From the human T2T-CHM13v2.0 reference genome, Homo sapiens, in NCBI RefSeq assembly GCF_009914755.1, contig NC_060930.1: 64,000 nt of DNA; one strand, given 5' to 3'. The notes below the pieces were generated by a model. The model made no database searches, was not told where the DNA came from, and saw only the letters and a list, made by a program, of their open reading frames with translations. Made by a program: the position numbers and the translations under genes. Shown one piece after another: positions 1 through 15,062 of this stretch (positions are counted from its first letter, which is position 1; every line of letters starts with the position of its first letter).

Positions 1-127
1 AAATAATCAGATTTGCGTCTTAAGATCTCTCAGTTAACTGTGTGAAGGATGAATTTAAAACTAGCACAAGAGAATAAATGAGGGCTGAACTGAGACAACA
101 GCTGGGGCATGGTGAGGAGAGGACAGA

Positions 128-433
<306 letters not shown>

Positions 434-790
434 AAGAGGCCAGATCTTGTAGACGTTAAGGAGTAGAAACAATAGGACTCACCCACCAGCAGTTGGTGAG
501 AGGGGTGGGTAAAAGAAAGACAATGACCTTTAGATTTCTGGCTGAAGTGGCTGAAGTGGGAAATCATTAACCAAGAGAAGAAACACAGGAGGTAGAACCA
601 ACTGGAGGGGAAAGAAGAGTTTCATTTTAGATGGTAAGCTTCTCACCCTATGGCATATCTAGGCAGAGCTGCCAGTAAATTATTGATAAGTGAATGTGGT
701 GCGGGCTGGACTTACAGAAAGGAAAGCAATAGCATATTATTTATCATCACTTCAAGCTATAGAAATAGAAGTGTTTACCTGGAAAAGCAG
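434..790 (-). mobile_element. L2 fragment (also 1-127)
   Basis: Degenerate L2-like purine-rich sequence (gagaagaaacacaggagg..gaagagtttcattttag). Confidence 0.55.
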
Positions 791-1446
791 TTTAAAATCT
801 GAGGAGAGCAAATTACTACGTTTTTAGGTAACTAAGTCATGGGGACAAAATATCTTAAGAATGAACTCTCTAAAGAAGAGACTTTGACTCAATTTCAAAA
901 TGGCTGGAAGGAATCCATCCTGCAGTTCTCCAGCTGGAACCACTGAAAAAAGACATCATAAGGCTTTTTGTGTCTGGGATCATTTACAAATTGTTAAACA
1001 TTGTCTCAGTAGCAGAAAGTAGATCTGAAAAAGTTGACATTAAGCTTCACTTTGGGAGAGTAAGGGTAGCCATACTGGGCTGTGTAAAGATCTCAAGATT
1101 ACTCTAGAAATAACCAGAGTGCCTTAAACTACAATATTAAGCATACTTCATTTAGCTAGAGATGTCAGCACATGGTGGATATGCTGAGATGGTTCAAGTA
1201 AGTGAAGAGTATGGAGAATGTTAGCCACTCCTTTAAAATACTCAAGTCATGGGGAACCATAAAGAGGAAAAATCGGGTCCATCAATAGGGAGATGGTTTT
1301 AAAAAAATGTGGGGGGATATATACAATATCCCAGCAATTTTTTTCATACTCTCATACATAGAAATTAATTGTGACCAAATTCTTATTAACATATTCTGAT
1401 GTATTAAAGATGTTCTAGGACTACAAATATACATATTACATGTTAA

Positions 1447-1749
<303 letters not shown>

Positions 1750-1803
1750 TAAATTATAATTTTTATCATGCATTTGTTAAAGTCCTCTAGAGATGTTAAT
1801 TCT

Positions 1804-1907
1804 TTTTTATATTTCTTTTTACTTTTTGAATAAAGACAAGGTCTCCCTATGCTGCTCAGGCTGGTCTCAAACTCCTGAGCTCAAGGCATGAGCCACTGCA
1901 CCCAGCC
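1804..1907 (-). mobile_element. Alu monomer (FLAM-like) with internal deletion
   Basis: Left-monomer sequence lacking its middle; TSD tagagatgttaattct/tagagttgttaattct. Confidence 0.8.
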
Positions 1908-2029
1908 TAGAGTTGTTAATTCTGCCTTACAACTGCTCACCCATTTCCCCTATCCCTGCCCCCACCTCCAAAGAACAATTCTATCATATTCCCCATTGTT
2001 ATCTACTGCCTTTACACATTTATACCGTT

Positions 2030-2490
2030 TGAAGTTATTTATTTGTTTATATATTTATTTCTCCTCCTCTCCATAAGAATGAAAGCTCCATGAAAGGGAA
2101 GGAATTTGTGACTCTTCTCCATGACTGTGTTACCATCTCTTCGCACAGAACCTAGCACACAGTTGGTACTCCAAATGGGTATGTTCAATAAGTTGAACAA
2201 ATGAAGAGAGTTTTTGTTTTTTAATAAGTTTTACCATATTAGAGAGGACTTCTCTGGTCACCCTATCTAAAACACCATCCCTCAACACTTCCTGTATCTT
2301 TACCTTCTTTTTTCTTCTTAACATTCATCGCTACCTGATAGATTCTGTATTTATTGGTTTCTGTCTGCCTCCCCCATAAGCATGTGAGCTCCGTGGCCAC
2401 AGGCTGTTATTCTCACTGCTGTACCCCCCGGTGCTTAGAACAGTACCTAGCAAGCTCGATGCTGGGCAAAGCAGGTTGCATAAGTCAGTG
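2030..2490 (+). mobile_element. Two L2 3'-end fragments
   Basis: tgaaagctccatga..cagaacctagcacacagttggtactc..aaatgaa and tgtgagctccgtgg..gtgcttagaacagtacctagca. Confidence 0.65.
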
Positions 2491-2875
2491 AATTTACATA
2501 AAATTTGGATTACATGCTACAGTTCTTTTCTGTATATGCAGTACATTTTTTTTTCCTGTCCTAATTGTGATATATTGACATCATCATCGTTCTATTAATC
2601 CTAGTTCACATACATCACCTAGGTGCTGTGATAAGTGTGAAGCTTAAAGTCGGTGATAATTGTGCTGGCATGTTTCTCCCTTGCCAGATGCTCTACTTTT
2701 CCCTCCTCTCTTCCTCCCCAGGCCTCTCCCCCAAACACTCACGAACCCATGGCCTCATGCTCTCTCCAGTCTTCTGGATCAGCAGATCCAGGCAGGGCCC
2801 CTAATCTGAACTTCCATCTTTATCATAATTTACCTCTCCACTTCTCTGTGTATTGACAACCATTTTGAGTAACTA

Positions 2876-3335
<460 letters not shown>

Positions 3336-3344
3336 TTAAGCTTT

Positions 3345-4143
3345 GATGTTTATGTTATATATTGCTTTTCATCCACGGTTCCTGGTTCACAACTCCCAAA
3401 GCCCTTGTTACCATCTTTTGTTATCATGTTGGGTGTGTTGGGCCTCACGGGCAGACCTCAGGATATAGAATCTCTCTCCTGTCTTCCTTCCACTGGCCCC
3501 AAGGCAGGACTCTAATCTTCCCCCACCTTTCTGATTGTAGGTCCTAAGACCCTCCCAAAAGAGGGTCCTGCCCTATACACTGGAGGAAGGGATGCTGACA
3601 TCACAAAGCTTCCATAAAAACCCAAGAGGACAGGGGTCAATAAGCTTCAGATAGTGAACATGTGGAGGTTCCTGCAGGGTGGTGCCCCAGGGTGAGCATG
3701 GCAGCTCCTCACCCCTTCCCCCATACCTTGCCCTATGCATTTCTTCATCTGTATCCTTTGCAATATCCTTCATAATAAACCAGTAAGCGTTTCCCTGAGT
3801 TCTGTGAGCCACTCCAGCAAATTAATGGGACCCAAAGAGGGGGTTGTGGGAACCCCAACTCGAAGCCAGTAGGTTAGAAGTTTAGGAAGCCTGGACTTGC
3901 TACCGCTGGTGTCTGGGGTTATGGGAAGCAGTCTTATGGGACTGAGCCCCCAGCCTGTGGGATCTGACGTATCTCCAGGTAGATAGTGTTGGAATTGAAC
4001 TGGAAGACACTCCACTGTTGTCCACTGCTTGGTGTGTGAGGAAAAACCCCCACACATTTGGTCACAGAAGTCTTCTGTGTTGACGATTGTGGTGCTAGTA
4101 TGAGAGGAGCAGGAAAACATGCTTTAAGACAGTTTTTCCTACA
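3345..4143 (+). mobile_element. MER21-family solo LTR
   Basis: ccataccttgccctatgcat..aataaaccagtaa..tttccctgagttctgtgagcc..ccccacacatttggtcacagaagt; ends in CA. Confidence 0.8.
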
Positions 4144-4207
4144 TCATGGCTCTGATCTAAAAGCCTATGTGTCCTTCCCACAATTACCATTACCAAGTGT
4201 CAAAGAC

Positions 4208-4538
4208 CAACAGTCCCCAAACTTTTTGGCTGGTTTCACGGAAGGGACTGGCTTCATGGAAGACAATTTTTCCATGGGAGTGGGGTGAGGGGAGGGGATG
4301 GTTTTGGTATGAAACTGATCCAACTTCAGATCATTAGGCATTAGATTCCTATAAGGAGCAGGCAGCCTAGATCCCTTGCATGCTCAATTCACAATAGGGT
4401 TTGTGCTCCTGTGAAAATCTAATCCGCCACTGATCTGACAGGAGGCAAAGCTCAGGTGGTAATGCTGGCTCACCTGCCTGCTGTGTAGCCCAGCTCCTAA
4501 TAGGCCATGGACCGGTGGCCTGGTGTTGGGGACCCCTG
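4208..4538 (+). mobile_element. MER1B (hAT-Charlie MITE)
   Basis: TIRs caacagtccccaa/ttggggacccctg; perfect 8-bp TSD tcaaagac (4200-4207, 4539-4546). Confidence 0.88.
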
Positions 4539-5203
4539 TCAAAGACAACCCAAGGAGGCTGTTGCTGAGAATAGCTGACTGCACACTTTCTCTTAGGGTA
4601 AGGGAGGGGTGTGGGGAGGAAAATTTCCATTTTAATATGATATTGCCTGAGATTTAATACTTCAATACAAAGGAGTATATCTCAATTCTGGGGCTTATGG
4701 GCACTTAGGCAGATTTGTGCAAGACACAGTCTTGATCAAGACACTTCAAGGCAGCTTCCTTTTAATCTTACTATGTAAGAAACCACCTTACATGCGTGTT
4801 GCCAAGCCTGGTAGAAATTAGAGTAGAAAGTGTTTAATTAATGATGTGTTGCTTTACCTCCCCAGCTGAGCCAAATTATCCTCCAAGATCATTAGAGCCC
4901 GGTTGGAATAAACTGGCTAATATGAGCACTGAGCATTTCCTAACTTATGAAATACTTCTATTGCCTTTTATATGTCTTAACTATTTTTTCCTACTTGACT
5001 ATTTTAGCCATAAGATATAGAATTCTAAATTTCAGAGACAGGCCTGAAATTTAGAGGCCTCACTGAGATCTGGCCCAACACCCTAAAGTCACCAGTTCTA
5101 TTTTCACTTTAGTAATGGAAGGCATTTTTTTGGTTGAAACATTTTTCTCAGTAAGGCCTTATCAAGAACTCAAGGAACAATCGAAAATATTAGTGGGTTT
5201 TTA

Positions 5204-5472
5204 GGCCGGGCACACTGGCTCACCTATAATCTCAGCACTTGGACCAGGATTTGAGATCAGACTGGCCAGCATGGTGAAACCCCCTTCTCGTTAAAAAATA
5301 CAAAAATTAGGCAGGCGTGGTGGCACATGCCTGTAATCCCAGCTACTCGGGGGGCTGCGGCACGAGAATCGCTTGAACCCGGGAGGCGGAGGTTGCCATG
5401 GGCCAAGGTCACACCACTGCACTCTAGCCTGGGTGACAGCAAGACTCTGTCTCAAAAAAAGAAAAAAAGAAA
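5204..5472 (+). mobile_element. Alu with left-arm deletion
   Basis: Alu dimer missing the A-box to B-box segment; TSD aaatattagtgggtt. Confidence 0.9.
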
Positions 5473-5551
5473 TAGAAATATTAGTGGGTTCTTGACTTGG
5501 TTTGTTTCCCCTCAAATTGAGGCTGTTTCTGCACAATTATCTGAAGTGTCC

Positions 5552-5842
5552 TTTTTTTTTTTTGAGATGGAGTCTCACTCTGTCACCCAGGCTGGAGTGC
5601 AGTGGCACGATCTCGGCTCACTGCAACCTCTGCCTCCCGGGCTGAAGTGATCCTCCCACCTTAGCCTCCCAAGTAGCTGGGACTACAGGTGTGCATCCAG
5701 GTAATTTTTGAGGGTTTTTTTTTTTTAAGGCAGAATTTCACTATGTTGCCCAGGCTGGTCTCAAACTCCTGGGTTCAAGCAATTGGCCTGCCTCAGCCTC
5801 CCGAAGTGCTGGGGTAACAGGCATGAGCCGCCACGACCGGCC
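5552..5842 (-). mobile_element. AluJ
   Basis: Diverged dimer in opposite orientation. Confidence 0.9.
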
Positions 5843-6369
5843 TGGATTTTACTTGATGGGAATCCTACAAGGATGGGAAGGGAGAAGATAGTATATGAAG
5901 CAATGAAGTACATTTTCCAGCTTGCCATCTCCCAGATTTCAAATAAGTACTTACACAATCCTGTAGATGTCAAGATTTAGAGTGTTTTATCGGCTGACTT
6001 GCTGGCTTTCCCTATAACCAACTGACCTACATTAAAAATGTGTTTAAGTGGCCATTAAAGATTTAATCTCCTGAGTGAGTCAAAGATGAAACTCAAGGTT
6101 ATTCAACTCTAAAGAGACATAGGGCACCTGAGAACAGGGAATAGCTTCGATGAAACCAGCCAGATGCATTCAACACACATCAAATGAGAAACACCTATGA
6201 GCCATGAGAGAGAGGACAGTCAGTTTTCTTCCCTTGAGAAGGCCTGGATGACATCCCCGTCTGTGCCTTTTCCTGGTGCCAGAGAAGAAGGCGTCTATAT
6301 CCAGAGTCACAGGAGATGAGTGTCTCAGAAGGCTCAGGCTGGTTGTCATTGACTCGTGTGTCCAGCCAA

Positions 6370-6715
6370 GCAGTTGCTTAGGGCATCTTTGCTGAGCTTC
6401 TCTGCACCAAGTGCTATGCTCCAAGTTGGAGATTCACGATGAGCAAAACCAGATGTGAACTTGCCCTCTTAAAGCTGACCATTTTGTGTTGAAGACAGAA
6501 TGTAATCAAATCATCTCACACATGAATATATCATTACAAATCCTCATAAGTGCTATAAGCAAAGAAATAGAGTTCTGCAACAAGACAGAATAAAGACGTC
6601 GCAGACGTGACAATTCAACAGAAACACCAGCAGACATTAACCAAATGGTAAGGGGCGGGGGTGGCTTCCAGGCAGAGGGAACAGCATGCACAAAAGCCTC
6701 ATGGTAGCAAGGCCA
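6370..6715 (-). mobile_element. L2a 3' region
   Basis: caagtgctatgctccaagttggagattcacgatgagcaaaac..ttccaggcagagggaacagcatgcacaaaagcc. Confidence 0.7.
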
Positions 6716-6896
6716 CTGGTCCAGATAGCATCTGTGTGCAGATTAGAAAACAGTTACCAACTCCTCAATCCCTTTGCCTCTACTGGAAAATTGTCGTAAT
6801 TTACTAATTTTGTGTTAGAGCAAGACTTTTTACTGCAAGCTTCCAGAAAACTGTTTAGACAATTCTGTAATACATCATCTGGAGTGTTCATGGCAG

Positions 6897-7224
6897 AACC
6901 CTATGCCACCTGATACCATAGTGACCAGACGCCTGTGGCTACTGAGCACTTAAAATGTGACTAATTGAGATGTGCTATGCTACAAAATACACATCAGATT
7001 TTAAATATTTAGTGTAAAAAATATAAACTATCTCAATTATTTTTACATTGATTATATGTTGAAATTATACTATTTTGACATATTAGGTTAAATAAAACAT
7101 ATTCCTTATTTCACTTGGTTTTTGCTTAGTTTTATTTTTACTTTTTAAAAAAGGCTACAAGAAAATTTAATTTAAAATTCCATTCGTGGTTTGTGTTTTG
7201 AATGATATTTGTATTCAACAGCAT
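6897..7224 (+). mobile_element. MER33 (hAT-Charlie)
   Basis: tgtggctactgagcacttaaaatgtgactaattgagatgtgct..aaaatacacatcagatttt..ggttaaataaaa. Confidence 0.75.
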
Positions 7225-8169
7225 CAGTGCACCCTTTGATAGGGCAGCCTTGGGTGCTGCACAACCTGCCAGACAATACCACACACCCTGCATGGCAGGA
7301 CTGGACATGACAAGCACGGGGAAATGAAAGGAAGCCAGAGTGATGGTCACACTGAGGGCAAAGGAGAGAGCAGTGCAAGATAAGGTAAGGCCAGGTCATG
7401 CCAAGTCTCGTCTTCTAAGCCTGGAGAGTTCAGTAAGTTACACCTTTTGTTCCCTGTTCATGGATATTTCCCTTGCTTTGAAGTTTGTCCATTCAGTGAT
7501 TTATTTGAAAAGGATGGATGAACAAGATAATCTCTACTGTTAAGGGGTGCACGGTTGAGCAGGAGATGAAGGCAAGCAAGCCAGTCTTCAATTGCATATG
7601 AAAAGTCTGTGCTAGGCTAAGCCCCCAGCACTAAATAATTGTGTGCTGTTATTGATGGAGATGCCAGCCAAGAGAATGCAGAGAGTTCAGCAAAGACTTG
7701 TGCACCATTCCTGAGAAAAGGCATCAGCACACACTCTTCTGACGCTGGGCTCTCAGTCCGGAGGGGCAGCACACTGCCTGGGCGAAGCCAGGAAAAATGG
7801 AACCTACCCCGCCACTGCTCCTGGAGACTTCTCAATGTCACGTGTGCATGTTTCTTTTCGACAGAAGGCATGCACAATTCTCTTTAGCATTCTGGATGAA
7901 TATAAATTATGTCTCTGATCATACCTTCTAATCAGAAAAGAAATCTAGCCAGTACCTTTAGGGGTTCATCAAAAAAGGGTTAGTAAAGCTTCCCTTGAGA
8001 ATACTAAGAACAGAAGTTGGGTAAACCAGAAGCCAGAGATACAAGACTGTGTGATATGGAGCCCAGAGCAAATCACTTGTCCCCACTCCCACCAAGAGAG
8101 TATCCATTCTTAGTAAGATGAATCCGAAGAACAGTCCTGAATAATAATAATACTGAAACAATATTAATT

Positions 8170-8312
8170 CTATACCAGACACTGTGCCATGGCATGTACA
8201 TTTATTAGTTCATTTTATCCTCTCAATAAACTTTATGAAATGTGTAGAATTGTACCTATTTTAGTAGTAGGAAAACTGATTCACAGAAACATTAAATGAT
8301 TTGTCAAGTCTG
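8170..8312 (-). mobile_element. MIR
   Basis: ccagacactgtgc..tcattttatcctc..aggaaaactgattcacagaaacattaaatgatttgtcaag. Confidence 0.6.
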
Positions 8313-9367
8313 GTGGTTAGATGGAAGGAAAGTGCTATGAGAGAACTGGAGGCAGAAGAGAGGGCTTTGCTGTAACCCAGGAACAGAGGACTGCAGTGAA
8401 CTTGCTATGTGTACATGAACATCAGACATTATAAAGTATGGCAGGCAGATCCCTGCTTCTCCATCGAGACGGGGCCTCACAGTGCAGTATGTAAGGAAGC
8501 GGGAGAGGAACGCACAAGGAGGCTGAGAGGGAGGCCGTTTCCTGGTTCTGATGCCATCCTGGGAGCTCTGAGTATGCTCTCTTCTCCGTGAGAGGGAATG
8601 TGTTCAGATGGAAAGGAAATAGACTTGGAAGTAAACCAATAAGTTGGATTCTCAGGTTTTATATTGACCTGTTTAGCAACCTCAATAAAGTCATTCCAGC
8701 TCCCTGGAAATGTTTCTGAATCCATAAAATGAAAAGTTAAGATTGACTATACCAGATACTGCTACAAGCTCCAACAATCTGTAATCCGTGAACAAACAGT
8801 GCCCAACAGGGGCTTTCTCTAGCAGCTGTGGACTCAGAGAAGCTGGAGCTCTGGACCTGAGTTCTGTCCCTCCAACAATGTGCCTCTGTTGTTTGATCTT
8901 CAAATATTTTTGAATCCTGAAACACACTCTCTTTTTCTTGTAAATTTCTCACTAAGAAATTAATGAAAATTATATAAAAATATTTTTGAGAATAAATAAA
9001 ACTGGCTGAGGAATAAGGAAAATTGAGTTCTGGAGCAGCTAAGACATGAATTCCTTGTGTGATGTTGAACAAACCCCTCTCACTCTTCTGATTTCCCCAT
9101 AGGTCAAATGGGGACTATATTATAATCAAATGACGTCGTGAATGGAACACACTCTGAAGAGTACAAGGATTGGCACAAATAAATGTCTGACTTACTGTTG
9201 CCATTTTAATTGTTCATTTATCAGACTGAAGTATCTAGATTTAAGATAAATCGCAGGTATAATGAAGGCCTTAATGCCCACCTTAAGTGTTTTGTACTTG
9301 CTGGGCCATTTAAACTTCACAACGACACTCTGAGGTAGGTGTTGTGATTGTCACCATTTTACACCTC

Positions 9368-9676
9368 TTTTTTTTTTTTTTTTTTTTTTTGAGATGGAGT
9401 CTCTCTCTCTGTTGCCTAGGCTGGAAGGCAATAGTGTGATCTCGGCTCACTGCAACCTCCACCTTCAGGTTCAAGCAATTCTCCTGCCTCAGCCTCCCAA
9501 GTAGCTGGGATTACAGGTGTACACCACCATGCCCGGCCAATTTTTGTATTTTTAGTACAGATAGGGTTTCACCATGTTAGCCAGGCTGGTCTTGAACTCC
9601 TGACCTCAAGTGATCCACCTGCCTCGGCCTCCCAAAGTGCTGGGATTACAGCAGGCATGAGCCACCGCCCCCAGCC
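9368..9676 (-). mobile_element. AluS inside a MIR
   Basis: Full dimer; MIR-like flanks at about 9300-9365 and 9690-9770. Confidence 0.92.
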
Positions 9677-10569
9677 CACACTTCCACTTTCTAATGGAAG
9701 CAAGGAGAGTCTAAATAAACCTGCCCAAGGGTATACGGGTGATGAGTAGCCACACAGGGCTTCAAACCCATGCAATGGGTTTGTGCTAGTCCTTGTACTC
9801 TTCTTACCCAGTACCCTATCTCACCTCTCAGTTCACATGGCTTAGAGCACCAGGTGCCAAGCATGTACCTATGTTTCACTTGTTGGGGGGGAGGGGGGAG
9901 GGAGGAAAGAAAGAAGAAGGGAAATCTAAGGATAAATTAGAAGACTGGACGTTATATATTTTGAAGTATTCAACAAAATAGAAAGTAGCTAGAGCATTAT
10001 TTCTATGCATTATTGACTTAAAGTGAAGGTCATTTTAAAGATCTTCAAAGTGACTCATTTTTCTTGCACCCAGAGATCAGATGTCTGATTTTAAAGCATA
10101 AAACAATTTGCAAAATTGCTTTAGTCTATTTCTTACAGAGGACCTAAATTGGATGGTATTTTGTGCTCATAATAACCTTTAAGGTCAGCATGCATTGAGA
10201 CAGCTGCCAATATTGCATCAGAAGTGAGTGCCAAGCTTGTTTGTCCCTCCCACCCACTGGAAGTTCTCCTGGAGAGGTAGAGGCTTATGGGTACAGACCA
10301 ATCTGCAGTGAGAAACACCTGTGTGCCCCAGCTCTGAACAAATAGGGTGAATTGACATTGACGTCAGCCACTGTGATGGCACAACAGTTAGGTGGGCTAA
10401 TCTGTTTGTGCAAATGACCTTTGCTGCAGACGAAGCCCATGCCAACACTCAAGACTGGGTCACCTTAAGCTCCCACATTCATGTGAACTCTCTGATGGTC
10501 TTTTCAGTATCCTGCCTGCAGTGACCTTGCTGGAATCCAGAAGGGGTGCTGCGCTGCAGGCCAGAGGCA

Positions 10570-10790
10570 GACCTGGGAGCCAGATTGCCAGGTGAGGCGC
10601 CTGACTCTGCCATGCTCCTGCTGTGTTGCATTGAATGAGTCACAGGACTGTTCTGTGCCTTGGTCCCCTCATCTGTAAAATGGGAGTAGTGATAGTATCC
10701 ACCTCAGGGGCTGCTGTGAGGGTTAAATGGGTGAGCACAGGTCAGGCTCTTAGAACAGTGATTGGTACACAATAAACACGAGCTGCCACG
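10570..10790 (+). mobile_element. MIR
   Basis: Core ctctgtgcct..cctcatctgtaaaatgggagtagtgatagta..gtgagggttaaatg. Confidence 0.75.
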
Positions 10791-10861
10791 ATTGTCATCC
10801 AGAGCATTGCAGAGCCGTCACTTTTCACCCGTTCTCATCTTAAGATGGCACAACTATATAT

Positions 10862-11137
10862 TAATTTTTTAGAGATATAATTCACAAAGCATGAAATTCA
10901 CCATCTAAAAGTAAACAGCTCATTGTTTTTTGCATATTTTCTATATTGTGCAACCCCACCACTATCTAATTCAGGATGTTCCATATGACCCCAAAAAGAA
11001 GCCCTACCCGATAGAAGTCACTCCCTACCCCTTCCGCCGTCCCCTCTCACCCATGAGTCTGCTTTCTGTCCCTGTGGATTTGCCTATTTGGGACACTTCA
11101 TATACATGGAATCATACAAATATGTGGCCTTTTGTGA
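10862..11137 (-). mobile_element. L1M (L1MB/ME-type) 3' end
   Basis: gagatataattcaca..aaattcaccatctaaaag..ggaatcatacaaatatgtggccttttgtg. Confidence 0.75.
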
Positions 11138-11519
11138 GGATGACACAACCATAAAAGAACGCTTTACACTTTGGAAGCAAAATAATAGGATCCCTCCACC
11201 CCTTCCCTGCAAAATAATAAAGCATCAGCTGCATCTGCTTGTGGTAACAGCCTCTCAGTGGGCTGACAGGAGGAGGCTCAGCTTGATTCGGGTTTTGAAA
11301 CATGTTAGGCTTTGAAGTTCATTTTCCATCCCACGTAACACAACAGAGATGCAGAGCAGCAGGCCTATTGTTCCAGCCTCCCCCTTCCGCATTTTCCACA
11401 AAGGTCGGCAGAGTACCCTGACGACTAAGTCTCATTACTGACTACGAATCTTCCCTGCTAGGGGACTCCCTCCTTCAGACCTGACCTATAGAAGGAGACT
11501 TACGGTAGAAGCTTCATGA

Positions 11520-11774
<255 letters not shown>

Positions 11775-12653
11775 TAGCCTGAGAGATGCTATTTAATTGC
11801 TTATAAGGGGGTAAACCTCAATATTGCACTTAGAAACAAATAATGCAGAATAAAAGACATCTCAAACTCATTCTCAATTTGGAAGAAAACAAAAGTATGT
11901 TGTATTGGTTTCTCAAATCCCTGAGATCTTGTGGAGAATCGCAGCATGGAAGGGAGGAGGTTATAGCCAGAAGTAGGGTAACATGACCAGCCGTGAGTTA
12001 ACAGAAGGCAGGCGGTGTCAACCTCTGGACCTTCAGGACACTTCCCACAAGCAGCCAATGAGCCATGGTGCGCTGATGGGGAACAGCCCGCCCATCTCGG
12101 TGACACAATTAGGGGTCTAGTTTCAGAAAAGCCTATTGAAGATATATGTTCATGGAAACCATGCTAAAATAAATTTATATTTTGTAGCTGAGACTTCTGG
12201 GCACCTGAATATAATTCACTGTGAATATTTGTTTCACTATGATGTTTTTTTGCATTGCCCAAACATGAGACTACATAATTTTGTTCAGGCAGTGTGGTAA
12301 AAAGACTGATACACTGGGACCCAAAACACCTCAAGCAAATCTTGACTCATTCATTCAATGTCCTTGTGACTTTAGACAACTACTCTTATTTGTCCTGAAC
12401 TTCTTCAAATGTAAAACAACGACAATCCCCCAGACTCCTCCGGCTCTAAGAATTTACCAGAATTTCTCTGACTGATGAATTTATGTGAGAATGTAGCATC
12501 AAAATCAAGCCTCTCTGGGATAAGCTCCCACACTCAGACTGAGGTCCAGGAAGGGAAAAGCAAGTGGTGACTTCTGGCCCACTGAGCTTCCGTTCATCAA
12601 TAAGTGGTCTGAGAATTGAGTAAAAATTCCAGAAAGCCACTGGTCTTCAGTCA

Positions 12654-13305
<652 letters not shown>

Positions 13306-14435
13306 CCTTCCTTTTTAATTGTCACAGGGGCAGAACATTCTATCATCTCTCCAGGAAAACCACCATGTTTCTGAAGGCATTAAGCTCCAAGCTGGCTAAC
13401 AGTCAAGCCACAGGAAGGAGAAGGCAGAGCATGAAACATAAGCTGTGTGACTGGTACCTGAGTAAGAGCAAGCTAATTATAAAATGGACCTAGTGTTAGG
13501 TTCCACTTTTATGGGTCACTTGCTGCACTTCCATATTTGAGGGTCTAGGAAAGGTTGTGTTGTCACCCGAGTGGACTTTGCCTCTCATGCCAGTAGCTAA
13601 GAATTCCCTCTCCTTGCCCATGTGGTTTCTCTGATTACATGATTACTCAGGCTGACTGGGATTTCTTTATTCTAAATCAGCCCTCTTTATCAAAGGACCC
13701 AGTGATGATCTCTGGACATTCATTCTTTTATGGTACTGAGGCTGATAGCAGTGAGGTCACGTTCCAACCCAGCACAGTTTGAAAGGGACAAGAGGCCTAC
13801 TGTACATACTGTACCTCCTCTTAAAGCTGGGTGTCACCTTGTTTTATCACCTCTCAAGCACTGAAACTTCAAAGCACACTGTAAAAGCTCAGAAACAGCT
13901 CTGTGAATCACAGAATATACATATAAACACGTTTAAACTACCTTTGGGATTAAATAAATGTAGCCTGCATTTCCAGTTGATACACAGTGACCCAGACCGA
14001 TAGAACTCATGAATTAAAAACAAATGTTAATCCATTTCGGCTTCATTTCTATCCCCGAGATTTCCTAATGGTTTTGTTTCCCAATCCATTTGAACAAAAC
14101 AAGATAGGTCAGCTTTCATTGTAGTCAGAATATTTTGCAGGAGCTGATGAAAAAATTATCATCATGAGGCAGATAAGAGCACACAGATGATGTCAAAACA
14201 AGGTCAAGCGAACTTGAAGTTAAGCAAACAGCTCTCAGTGGGCTGTTTTGGACATCCCTTCTCTTTACTTGTAAGAAATGTAACTTTTAATTTCTTAAGC
14301 ATGCTCTTACTGCAAATGCTCAGAGATGAAAATCTCACCCCCTTCGCTTATGTTCATGAGCTTTTATCAGTTGGAGCATCCCAGGTGGACCGGGAGAAAA
14401 TGCTGATCATTGCTACAATAAAGGAAACTTTAAAA

Positions 14436-15062
14436 AATTTTATTGATACATAATTTGTACATGTTTATGGGGTACATGTGTATTTTGAGGTATGTGTACA
14501 ATGCATAATGATCAAATCAGGGTAATCAGGATAGCTATCACCTCAAACATTTATGATTTATTTGTACTGGGAACATTCCAAGTCTTCTAGTTATTTTGAA
14601 ATATGCAATATATTGTTGTTAACTATAGTCACTCTATTGTACTATAGACTGCTAGAACTTATTCCTTCTATCTAACTGTATGTTTGTACCCATTAACCAA
14701 CCTTTCTTCATTCCCATCTCTCCCATCACCCACCCCACACACACCCTTCCCAGCCTCTGGTAATAATCATTCTACTCTCTACACTATGCAATTAACATTT
14801 TTTAGCTCCTACACGAGTGAAAACATGTAATGCTTGCCTTTCTATGCCTGGCTTAACATAATGACCTGCAGTTCCATCCGTGTTGCTGCAAATGACAGGA
14901 CTGCATTCTTTTCTATGGCTGAGTGCTATTCTATTGTGGATAGGTACCACATCTTCCTTATCTGTGTATCCACTGACGGACACTTAGGTTGATTCCATAT
15001 TATGGCTATTGTGAATAGTGCTGCAATAAACATGGGGGTGCAGGTTTCCCTCTGACATACTG
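14436..15062 (-). mobile_element. L1MA 3' end
   Basis: tttatggggtacatgtg..aatgatcaaatcagggtaat..ggacacttaggttgattccatat..ggctattgtgaatagtgctgcaataaacatg. Confidence 0.88.

Noticed and set aside
11950-12110. Possible promoter (CCAAT, CCCGCCC, several CpGs) or REST site
   Set aside because: Too short and sparse for a CpG island; only a partial RE1 match; no downstream exon evidence
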